From the NCBI GenBank assembly GCA_963832745.1, contig CAWHVC010000002.1:192001-256000 (forward strand): 64,000 nucleotides of DNA, in the 5' to 3' direction. This stretch comes from Candidatus Bathyarchaeota archaeon. Lineage in GTDB: Archaea > Thermoproteota > Bathyarchaeia > Bathyarchaeales > Bathycorpusculaceae. The notes beneath the pieces are model-generated. The model had not been told where the DNA came from and did no database searches. It was given only the letters and a program-made list of their open reading frames with translations. The translations under genes were made by a program, and so were the position numbers. This document shows positions 18,270 through 26,818 of the stretch, piece by piece (position 1 is the stretch's first letter; each line of letters begins with the position of its first letter).

Positions 18270-19697
18270 TTAAGACTTTTTAGAAGCTTTTTTGGCCGTG
18301 AAATCTTTTTTATTCTTAATTGTTTTATCTTTGAAGACTTTTTTATCAATATCTTTTTGTTGTTTGAAATCGCACTTGTCGCTTTCAGTTTTCTCTCTAA
18401 ATTCTTTTTTGTCACTGCCTTTTTGTTCTTTATAGTCGCTTTCGTTATTATCGCGCAGTTTCTCAAAAGCCTTCCTTTGACCGTCGATTTTTTCTTCAAA
18501 ATCTTTTCGGTTATTATCTCTTTTTTCTTTGTAGTCGTTTTCGTTATCGTTAGTTAGTTTCTCGAAGTCCTTTTTGTCACTATAAGTTTTTTCTTCAAAA
18601 TCTTTTTGATTACTGTTAGTTTGTTCTTTGAATACTTTTTTATCTCGTTTATTTTTCTCTTTAAATCCTTTATCCAATAGTTTTTCAGCAACGGTCCCTA
18701 ATCCGTACAATTCAAAAAAGATGAATGATAAAACGAACACAAACCAAAAACTTGCAAAACCCCATAGTAAGCTTGAAGCCTGTGCCATCGAGATATTTAT
18801 TCCAAGAACTTGGTAAAGGCCACTGGAAACTATTTGTGAGAAGCCTGAAAGGGCTATGCCTTGATTGCTTATAGTGTTAACTATGGTATTTGTGATTATA
18901 ATTTTGTCAAACACTATAAACGTTCCAAGTGAAATGAAAACAAAGTACAAAGCTACAATACTGCAAATCCATGCCATGGTTTGAAAAATTATGGGTTTTA
19001 TCATGCTTTTTGGTTTTTTCTTTATAATCATTATTACATCATGAAAATTAGCTATTTGAGCTGCAATCTTTTGTTCAAATTCATCATTAGGCTTTTTATG
19101 TTTTATTTTTGCTATTATTTTAACAAGAAATTGAAGAAGCTTTCTAGTTACTGAAATATTTGTGCTTAAATAGACTATTAAAATGAGTGGCAGTGCAAAG
19201 ACCCCCATTGTTATTCCAATAGCGACTAATACGAAAGTGTTAATTGAATAATTCAATATTAACAGAATCATTCCTACGATCAAGGACAAAAGAGTGACTA
19301 AAAGTTCAAGGATATCTTTGACTATTATTGAAGCCGCTACTTTAACTACATCAACACCTTCATCTCCGCCCAAAAGATAAGTCATGAAGATATCTCCCGA
19401 CCAACCCCCAACTATAAGGCAATCAAGAAAAGCGCCAACCCAACCTAGATAGAAAACTCTTTTAAACGTAGTTTTTACTGAAACATTATCAAGAGTAGCT
19501 TTCCAAGCTAATGAATTGAATACTGCTTCACCTATCACAAGCAAAAAAACCAGGGCGTAAACTGGAGTACTTACACCGCTAATTATTATTGCAACTTTTG
19601 TAAGATCTGTGAAGAAAAAAAGATAGCTAACAAAAATTATAAAACCTACTACAGCCAGTAGGCTTACCCACTTCTTAATTTCTGGTCTATTTGACAA
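18270..19697 (-). CDS. UPF0104/lysylphosphatidylglycerol-synthase-type flippase-like membrane protein with charged 11-mer repeat tail
   Basis: About 8 TM segments, GGWSGD motif; ~120-aa K/E/D-rich C-terminus. Confidence 0.75.
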   Translation of the reverse strand: MSNRPEIKKWVSLLAVVGFIIFVSYLFFFTDLTKVAIIISGVSTPVYALVFLLVIGEAVFNSLAWKATLDNVSVKTTFKRVFYLGWVGAFLDCLIVGGWSGDIFMTYLLGGDEGVDVVKVAASIIVKDILELLVTLLSLIVGMILLILNYSINTFVLVAIGITMGVFALPLILIVYLSTNISVTRKLLQFLVKIIAKIKHKKPNDEFEQKIAAQIANFHDVIMIIKKKPKSMIKPIIFQTMAWICSIVALYFVFISLGTFIVFDKIIITNTIVNTISNQGIALSGFSQIVSSGLYQVLGINISMAQASSLLWGFASFWFVFVLSFIFFELYGLGTVAEKLLDKGFKEKNKRDKKVFKEQTNSNQKDFEEKTYSDKKDFEKLTNDNENDYKEKRDNNRKDFEEKIDGQRKAFEKLRDNNESDYKEQKGSDKKEFREKTESDKCDFKQQKDIDKKVFKDKTIKNKKDFTAKKASKKS

Positions 19698-19836
19698 TTT
19701 TTACTCATTACTCTGTTGTCTGCCTAGCATTTCACGCATTTCAGTACCTGTTCAGTGTTAATTGTGAAGTGGAGGGGTCGAATCCTTAGCTCATGTGGTG
19801 CTATCTTGCGTTATTACTGACAAACTTCTTTTGTTG

Positions 19837-20037
19837 TTATGCTTTCTTTGGTTTTATGCTAAGTTTAACATTGAGCTCAATGGTGTATTCTTGGTCCGTG
19901 TTTCCAACAGCGAAGTTCCAGTTCTTAACTTCTACGTCCATGTCCTTAAAATGATTCATGAATGAATCCTTATATTCACTAACGGTCTGGCCCATTTTCT
20001 GCAACCGCTCAGTTACATCTATATTTTTTTCAGTCAT
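19837..20037 (-). CDS. small hypothetical protein
   Basis: 66 aa, normal composition, own promoter motif at 20102. Confidence 0.7.
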   Translation of the reverse strand: MTEKNIDVTERLQKMGQTVSEYKDSFMNHFKDMDVEVKNWNFAVGNTDQEYTIELNVKLSIKPKKA

Positions 20038-20453
20038 TTAACTACGCCTCTAAAATTTCAATTCAATACAACCGTTAACCTGCACATTGCTCTTAAGACT
20101 ATGTCGCTGGGAACTAACACCTACAAGCATATTGCAACTTCCCAGTTAAGCATCTTTGCGAAAGAGGTTTTAGGCAACCTTTTTTATCGGATGGGAAGGC
20201 TCAAGACTGACTTAAAGAGTCTCATTTCTTGTCAGGTTACTTCTTTTCTTTTCGAGCATTTGTCGGTATATGATAACATTCAAAAGTGCTCACCTCTGTT
20301 AATGACCTTTCACATGGTGTTCAAGTTTTGAGCATATTTAGAAGAGATATAGCTTTTTAGCGGTGAATGGATGTGGCAGTGCTGTAGCTGTTAGTTACCA
20401 GTCACACACTTTAAAATTGTAAAAACACCTCTTTGAGGGCAGGAAAAAATTAG

Positions 20454-20813
20454 ATGTCGGTAAAGTTTTCACTAAGTGAAATAATCACTGCAATCCTAAA
20501 TGAAATCAAAGCGGCACTCAAAGAATACGCCAATCAAGCGAAAGTCACCTTCAAAAAACGCCTCAAAAAACTCTTAATAATAAGCATATTCGGCACTGTC
20601 TTGATGGCACTGGGAATCTCGCTCGCTGGGTCAGCAGCTCTTTTCATCCTCATCGGCTCACTAAGATACCTAGAAACCTCTATGCCCGCGTGGGAAGCAT
20701 GGCTCATCATGGGAACCACCTCCGCCCTTGCCGCCGCAGCACTATTCGTAGTGCTCTTTCTAATAATAAGAAAACAATTATCCTCCCCCAAAGTGCCACC
20801 TGAACAAAAATAA
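20454..20813 (+). CDS. two-TM protein, holin-like/DUF1469-type
   Basis: Amphipathic N-terminal helix, two TM segments, P.W.A.LI pattern. Confidence 0.7.
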   Translation: MSVKFSLSEIITAILNEIKAALKEYANQAKVTFKKRLKKLLIISIFGTVLMALGISLAGSAALFILIGSLRYLETSMPAWEAWLIMGTTSALAAAALFVVLFLIIRKQLSSPKVPPEQK

Positions 20814-21026
20814 GGCTCCTCTCTTTTTTATTTCTTGGTGATGGAAAAAAACTAATTGAATTCACGCCTAATGTCTATGAAAAGCGAAAACAGCACCTAT
20901 GAGAGTAAAGGAACTATTAATTCAGATTGATATAAGAATACTGATGAAGTCCAGATTAAAATCTTGGAGCTGTAGGTCCACATTCACAAAGTTATTTATC
21001 TAAAATTAAGCATTAGATGGAATGGC

Positions 21027-21123
21027 TTTGGCGGATCAGCGTTAAACAAGGCGTGAATGGATTTCAACCCCTATTCAATTTCTCTATTGTTCTCGTCTTG
21101 ATAACGTAGGTGGATCCGCCAAA
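21027..21123 (+). ncRNA. candidate structured small RNA (nested hairpin)
   Basis: TTTGGCGGATC/GATCCGCCAAA 11-bp terminal stem with inner stems; TATA-like AAAGTTATTTATC about 25 nt upstream; T-run downstream. Confidence 0.45.
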
Positions 21124-21366
21124 AAATTTTTTAGACTTTACACTCTCAGAATACCAAAAACTTCATATAATAAACAAATTTTTTCGTAATTTTTTTTTCT
21201 AAAAATTTTGTTCATCCAATCGTTTAATGTTTGATTCGCTTGTTCTTCAATCAACATATTTACAAAACGCTTTGAACAAAAAAGTAAGCTACGTCTTAAC
21301 TATCCTCCAAATTGATTGACCCATGCCTTATCAATTCGTAAACAGGAAAAAAAGATGGTTACGTTT

Positions 21367-21777
21367 CTATTTCGACAGCAATCCACCTATGAATCCACCG
21401 ATCGTTGATGCAAGCGCTCCAAAGATAGCAAGAATAATAGCTACTATTCCAACTGCAAATCCAGCCAAACCACCGAAAAGACCACCTAAGATGCCTCCAG
21501 AGACTCCTCCAACAATTGCAAGACCGACAACTGCGAATATTGTGATTATGATGCCGCCAAATATGCCGGCAAGGAAACCTGCTAATGCACCTGTTAACAT
21601 TCCTCCGCGAGATATAATGCCCGCTACAACTCCACCTATGAATCCGCCTATCAAGTGTCCAATGCCGGGAAACAGCCAACCAAGAACCAATGTAATAACG
21701 AAACCTACCAAAGCTCCAAGCCACAAACTACTCATAAAATCACCACCATTTTTATCTAAATAGACAATTTTGTACAT
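21367..21777 (-). CDS. Gly-rich membrane protein (DUF5518-like); probable start ATG 21735
   Basis: Repeated GxxxG TM helices. Confidence 0.75.
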   Translation of the reverse strand: MYKIVYLDKNGGDFMSSLWLGALVGFVITLVLGWLFPGIGHLIGGFIGGVVAGIISRGGMLTGALAGFLAGIFGGIIITIFAVVGLAIVGGVSGGILGGLFGGLAGFAVGIVAIILAIFGALASTIGGFIGGLLSK

Positions 21778-21840
21778 TCAACAACCTTACAACTCGGCAA
21801 TCAATAGAGCCGTATGTGAAAATTCACATATACGCTTTTT

Positions 21841-21972
21841 TTATTCTTCTTTCTTGAACCCTTTCTTTATGCCTTTCCCAAAATCATTCACAGCTTTAGC
21901 ACCTTTTTTGATACTATTGCCAATTGATTCTCCAATTTTTTCTGCTTTTTCGTTATGTTCCGTCGTTTACAT
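21841..21972 (-). pseudogene. small charged amphipathic peptide gene interrupted by TAA at codon 2, or starting at ACG
   Basis: GAGGGT SD, ATG TAA ACG ACG then EHNEKAEKIGESIGNSIKKGAKAVNDFGKGIKKGFKKEE. Confidence 0.5.
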
Positions 21973-22109
21973 TACCCTCTCTTTCAATAGTCGCTATTTG
22001 CAACTTAAGCATGTGTGACTGTAAGTACCCATCGACAGCTTGAATGTTGTACCTGTGCTAATCTGAACTTAGTTATTGTTAACTACTCCCTGACCATGAG
22101 AATGCCAAT

Positions 22110-22436
22110 TTAGGAGAATATGAAGCCAAGGATTAAGCCTACGATGAATCCTATGCCTAACGGTAGTATGCCTATGAGAAGTGTTCCGTATTGGATTACA
22201 ATGGGACCGTATGTGTTTGACAGGTTTTGCAACGCGCTAAGACTCAGCCCAAAAAATCCGAAGTAGCAAACAACTACGAGTATAACTGCAGCGATGATCG
22301 CGATCTTTAGTGTCTTGTGGACGAGATAGCCTACGACTAATCCGAGAATGAATGGAATAATCATTACTAAAATTGGTGGCAAACCGCCTATGCTTCCAGA
22401 AGTAATAAAACCAATTAAATCATTTATAGCGCTCAA
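22110..22436 (-). CDS. FUN14-like small membrane protein, copy 1
   Basis: ILGLVVGYLVHKTLKIAII; paralog at 24867-25193. Confidence 0.75.
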   Translation of the reverse strand: MSAINDLIGFITSGSIGGLPPILVMIIPFILGLVVGYLVHKTLKIAIIAAVILVVVCYFGFFGLSLSALQNLSNTYGPIVIQYGTLLIGILPLGIGFIVGLILGFIFS

Positions 22437-22552
22437 ACTCTACAACTCACAATTAAGCCCTAACGGTGCAAATAACTATTAAACCTGTGTAGCTGTAGTC
22501 CCCCAGCAACAGAGGGGTGTGCTGTTGAAAATTCATGTTCCAGCAGGCATAT

Positions 22553-22801
22553 TTATTTGATTACTTGTGCGTTTGCTGCTTTGTCGGTTATTCTTGTGAT
22601 TTTTACTTTTACATGTTCTCCAAGTTTTGCGTCGGCAACATAAATTACAAAGCCTTGATTTTTAGCTATGCCCTCCCCTTTTGGGCTCAATTCCGAAATT
22701 TCTACTTCTAATGCTTCACCTAACTTGACTGGGCAACGCTCAAAACCCTTGCCGTGACCCCGTCTTCCCTCGTAACTGCCACCTTGCCTTGATTTACTCA
22801 T
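22553..22801 (-). CDS. single TRAM-domain RNA-binding protein
   Basis: PVKLGE..EVEI.....KGEGIAK.QGFVIYV....GE.VKVKI. Confidence 0.9.
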   Translation of the reverse strand: MSKSRQGGSYEGRRGHGKGFERCPVKLGEALEVEISELSPKGEGIAKNQGFVIYVADAKLGEHVKVKITRITDKAANAQVIK

Positions 22802-22953
22802 AATTATACCACCAAGCTGTTTTATTACTCCTTACTCCCTATTATAGACAATAAACGCACCTTACAGTTTAAAAACTCCAGTAATCTCATCGTTTTTAAT
22901 CTACAGGTTTCGTTTCTCGTTGAGTTCGCCAACTTAATTTTAGCATTAGTAAA

Positions 22954-23592
22954 CTAGCATGTTTTTTGTAAATCATCTACCATATTTTTGGCGATAAACT
23001 CGTCAATTTTGTCAGACAAGAGCAAATCCAAGTTTTCCTTTATCCTCTTAATGCTCCAATTCCACCATTTTAATTTCAAAAGCTTCTCAATAGTCTCGGG
23101 TTCATAACGCTTTTTTATTTCTCTAGCTGGAATTCCAGCTACCACACTGTACGGTGCAACATTTTTAGTTACGACGGCTCCCGCGCCAATTATTGCCCCG
23201 TCCCCTATGCAGACACCTGACAGAATAAGCGCATTCATTCCAATCCAAACATCATTGCCGATCACTACGTCGCCTTTAGTGACTTTTTTTGGTCGTTCAT
23301 ATTCTGGAAAAATTTCACTAAAAGGATACGTTGTTATCCAATCGCTTGTGTGTTCTCCGCCTAAGAGAATATTGACGCCTGAGGATATCGAGCAGAAACT
23401 GCCAATTTTCAATTTTCCACCCGTAGGAAAACTCCAAATTAGAGGCCACGCTGACGCGTAAGTGAATCTGCCGACAGAGTATTTTTTTGTGAATTCCGGG
23501 TTGCCGGTTAAGAAATGTTCTGCAAGGGTCCATGGTCTTGGAAAAAACATTTCTTTTAGGGACAAGATTCTTTTGCTGGGATTATTTATCAT
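22954..23592 (-). CDS. CatB/Vat-related hexapeptide O-acetyltransferase
   Basis: IGSFCSI, TYPF, KGDVVIGNDVWIG, VAGIPAR, KWWNW. Confidence 0.9.
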   Translation of the reverse strand: MINNPSKRILSLKEMFFPRPWTLAEHFLTGNPEFTKKYSVGRFTYASAWPLIWSFPTGGKLKIGSFCSISSGVNILLGGEHTSDWITTYPFSEIFPEYERPKKVTKGDVVIGNDVWIGMNALILSGVCIGDGAIIGAGAVVTKNVAPYSVVAGIPAREIKKRYEPETIEKLLKLKWWNWSIKRIKENLDLLLSDKIDEFIAKNMVDDLQKTC

Positions 23593-23868
23593 AAAAAATC
23601 AGCGCCATTGCAGGCTTTCTATTCCTGTTTTTGAGTTAAATCGTGGCTTGACTTAAGATTTATGGGGGCTAAGGGTGCTCCAGTCGGCAACTAGTGAGAC
23701 TAAAATTCCCTTAAGCATAACAAGAGATGTTTTTTATGGCAAAGGATGGCTCTGGCTGTAAATGGTTGTAAAGTTACCTTCTTTGCTGGGCTCATGACAT
23801 TTTTAAAATCAAAAGAAAAATGAGCAGGCGTCAACTAGACACCTAAGTAACAAACTGCCTCTTTGTTT

Positions 23869-24798
23869 TTACAGTCTACGTTTTGGTGGTAACTGACTTT
23901 TTGGTGCCTCATCAGTTGTGACTTCACTGTTTAGTCGCTGTTTTAACCGTATCACAAGCACTTCACGGTCATTTGGTTTAAGCTGTTGCCAAGTAGCACG
24001 GTTTTCTCTGAATTCTTCGCCGGTGATTTTGTGTTGTCTTTGCAGCTCAGCAAGAAGCTTCACGAATCCCTGCATGTCAAGCTGCTCATCAGTTACTTGA
24101 TTTACCAGTTTTCTTTCTCCACCTGTGCCGGTTTGGGCTGGTTCGCTGTCTGGTGGCGGGTAAGTAGCGTAAAGGAAACGTGCAAAGTACAGGTTATCCC
24201 AACCGCGTGTGACGGGTAAACTGTTTTTGGCTTTTAGAAGTTCGGCGGTGTAGTGTTCATATTCTTGTCCAAGTGAGAAATACTTTGTTTGCCCGCTTGA
24301 AGTGTCAACTGTGTGGTTAGCAAAGTGCCGTAAGTGTTGAACGCTAAAAACTGGTAGCACCATTTTGTTTTCATAGTTGAAGCAGTAAATGATTTCCATG
24401 GCAAGCGCTTTGTCTTGATCAATACCGCCGATTCTTTCCCATTTAGCATCTATTTTCTGCGCTAAGGGCTTTCGGTCATCAACTGCTGTGCGTAGCAAAA
24501 GTTTGAAGTCGTTGATTTGCAGTCGGGCATTGCGGTAAACGTTAGAGTTGCCAAGCGTAGGGTAACCTAACAGCTTGAAAATGCCTTCTAAGTCCTGGAA
24601 GAATTCGCCGACACTGTCTGGATTTAACCTAAACAGTTTGTCAGGGTTTAACCATTCTATCTCGCGTAGGTTTTCTGCGAAAGGATATTTTTGCCTAAAC
24701 TCTTTTAGAGCAACAAGTGCTTTATCGGCTTCACGTTTGGTTAAGCCTGCTCTGTCGAAAGCGTTTGCTTTTTCTTGCATTTGATTACTTCGAAGCAT
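23869..24798 (-). CDS. hypothetical soluble protein
   Basis: 309-aa ORF; PVFSVQHLRHF and WDNLYFARFLY motifs. Confidence 0.75.
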   Translation of the reverse strand: MLRSNQMQEKANAFDRAGLTKREADKALVALKEFRQKYPFAENLREIEWLNPDKLFRLNPDSVGEFFQDLEGIFKLLGYPTLGNSNVYRNARLQINDFKLLLRTAVDDRKPLAQKIDAKWERIGGIDQDKALAMEIIYCFNYENKMVLPVFSVQHLRHFANHTVDTSSGQTKYFSLGQEYEHYTAELLKAKNSLPVTRGWDNLYFARFLYATYPPPDSEPAQTGTGGERKLVNQVTDEQLDMQGFVKLLAELQRQHKITGEEFRENRATWQQLKPNDREVLVIRLKQRLNSEVTTDEAPKSQLPPKRRL

Positions 24799-24866
24799 TA
24801 TGTACCCTTACCAAGTATGCTTAAGTGAGGCTAAATACGTTTGCGGTGTATTACGGCGTGTTGGGT

Positions 24867-25193
24867 TTAGGAGAATATAAATCCAAGGATTAAGCCCACT
24901 ACGAATCCAACGCCTATTGGTAATATGCCTATCAGTAATGTTCCATATTGAATTGCCATTGGACCGTATGTTTCTGCGACGCTTTTCAAAGAGTCAAGGC
25001 TTAAACCGAAAAAGCCCAAGTAACTAACTACGACTAGTATAACTGCAGCGATGATGGCGATTTTTAAAACTTTATGCACGAGATAACCCACGATTATTCC
25101 TAAGATGAATGGGATAATCATTACTACTAGTGGCGGTAAACCTGCAATGCTTCCTGAAGTAATAAAGTTGAATACTTGTTCTATCGCGCTCAT
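24867..25193 (-). CDS. FUN14-like small membrane protein, copy 2
   Basis: Same length (108 aa) and highly similar to 22110-22436. Confidence 0.75.
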   Translation of the reverse strand: MSAIEQVFNFITSGSIAGLPPLVVMIIPFILGIIVGYLVHKVLKIAIIAAVILVVVSYLGFFGLSLDSLKSVAETYGPMAIQYGTLLIGILPIGVGFVVGLILGFIFS

Positions 25194-25319
25194 TTTTTGT
25201 TTGCTCCAAGTAAGCCCTAAATGTAAAAATGTCTATTAAACCTGTTAGCTGTTTTTTCCAAAATCTATTTATCCGTATCAATACAAGCGTGAACAGGTAA
25301 ACAGAAAATAGACAGGGGG

Positions 25320-26501
25320 ATGGGGGAAATACAACCAGAACAGGAACATTTAACTCCAGAAACGGCACAAACCGCTTTTCAAGTATCACAATCCAACTGC
25401 ACGTTGGAAATATCTCAAAGACGATGGTTCTACATGGCTCTGGATTCATCAGGCAAAACCTGCAAGCAGGAAGCTGAATCGCCAACTCAATTTTTAGACA
25501 TTATCAACCAGTCAATGGTGGTTTGGGTCGACTACACATCAGATGACCCCGTTAAAGACCTGCCAGTTTTAGCTGCCAAACTGGGATTTAGTGAATTATT
25601 TATTTCAAGCGTAAGCGGCGGAAACGCGTTAAATTATCAAGACTTCGATTCTGAAATGTTTATGAATCTTCCATCAATCCAAATTCGAGGTCACGACGTA
25701 CAAGCTTACCCCTTGCTGTTTTTAATTAAAAAAGGCATGGTTTTTACCATTCACATGCGTCTTGTGGATAAACGTTTCATTAGGCTTAGACGTTACTCTG
25801 ACGTTATCATGCGAAGAGTGCCCGTCGAGTTTGAACCTGAAGAAAAACTTACTCTTCTTCTTTCACGTATAATTGATGCAAATAACGACAGCAACTTTAG
25901 GCATTTGCGTGCCATAGAGGAATTCGGCGACGACCTAAACAAGGACCTTATGGAACAAGACACAGACAGAACCCTTTTAGCTCCAAAAATTTACGATATG
26001 AAGCATGCACTTATCGTTTACATGAATGCTCTTTGGGAAAGCGCGGATGTACTTCATGCAATCCGTTACGGCGACGCTGAACTGCTTACTGACAACGAGC
26101 ACGTCCTAAACAAGGTCAGCTTCCTTGCGGATGAAGTCAAAAGCCAGCTTGGGCTGTCTGAGCACATGTCTGAAGTTTTAGCGTCAGGTATTGAAGCTAC
26201 CCAATCCATCTATAACAACCAGTTAACTATCGCCAATAATCAGTTAACCATTTCAAACAATCAGCTTACTAAGATGAACAACCGTTTCGCGTTGCTTGCG
26301 GCTTACCTTGCAATTGTAGGTACAGCGCTTTTGATTCCAAATACTATCGCTACTATGCTGGGTAACAGTGTCTGGGTTTATGGCCCCGGCGATTTAGGGT
26401 CTTACCTTGTTTTAATACTCAGTGCTACTTTAGCAGGCTCTATTGTCATGTGGCTTTGGATAAAAAAGCAGGACTTGCTGCCAAAAGACAAAGAACATTA
26501 A
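25320..26501 (+). CDS. CorA-family divalent cation transporter (atypical)
   Basis: WVD..P, long stalk helix, two C-terminal TM segments; GMN replaced by LGNS. Confidence 0.8.
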   Translation: MGEIQPEQEHLTPETAQTAFQVSQSNCTLEISQRRWFYMALDSSGKTCKQEAESPTQFLDIINQSMVVWVDYTSDDPVKDLPVLAAKLGFSELFISSVSGGNALNYQDFDSEMFMNLPSIQIRGHDVQAYPLLFLIKKGMVFTIHMRLVDKRFIRLRRYSDVIMRRVPVEFEPEEKLTLLLSRIIDANNDSNFRHLRAIEEFGDDLNKDLMEQDTDRTLLAPKIYDMKHALIVYMNALWESADVLHAIRYGDAELLTDNEHVLNKVSFLADEVKSQLGLSEHMSEVLASGIEATQSIYNNQLTIANNQLTISNNQLTKMNNRFALLAAYLAIVGTALLIPNTIATMLGNSVWVYGPGDLGSYLVLILSATLAGSIVMWLWIKKQDLLPKDKEH

Positions 26502-26515
26502 ACGCACTCTTTTTT

Positions 26516-26671
26516 TTAAAAGTCATAACGTGAAAGGTCAAGTTGTGAACCACATTCAGGGGTCACAAAATAAAACACGTAACCACACTTGCCACATCGG
26601 CGTTCCTGATTTTTTATTCTTTCAATCGCATTGGAACCGCATTTTGGGCATTTCACTTCAACGTTTGACAT
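26516..26671 (-). CDS. small zinc-ribbon protein (51 aa, not in ORF track)
   Basis: MSNVEVKCPKCGSNAIERIKNQERRCGKCGYVFYFVTPECGSQLDLSRYDF. Confidence 0.75.
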   Translation of the reverse strand: MSNVEVKCPKCGSNAIERIKNQERRCGKCGYVFYFVTPECGSQLDLSRYDF

Positions 26672-26818
26672 TTTGCTCCACTTTCTCAATAATAACTAAC
26701 GGTTTCAATATTAAAGAGCGTTACCATTACCTGTTATTTCACGCTATCAATCACATAATGTTAAATTGATGACGCGGTTGATTTTTAAAGAAATAACCAA
26801 TAAACTCGCGGTGAACAA

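Larger units (their letters stand above)
14381..22511. promoter_or_regulatory. recurrent 18-bp motif TGT-N5-CCCA-N3-ACA at 14381, 15772, 18057, 20102, 20389, 22020, 22494
   Basis: Four exact and three single-mismatch copies, all intergenic and mostly 3-11 nt upstream of TATA-like boxes. Confidence 0.7.

Noticed and set aside
18227-18557. Lys-rich and Phe-rich ORFs
   Set aside because: Alternative frames and antisense of the charged repeat tail.
21027-21123. Hairpin ending in CCGCCA as a tRNA
   Set aside because: No T-loop GTTC motif and no cloverleaf; kept only as an ncRNA candidate.
21323-21763. Pro-rich 146-aa plus-strand ORF
   Set aside because: Antisense shadow of the Gly-rich membrane gene.
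22954-23592. Antibiotic-resistance gene call (catB/vat)
   Set aside because: The hexapeptide acetyltransferase family is broad and the substrate cannot be inferred from sequence.
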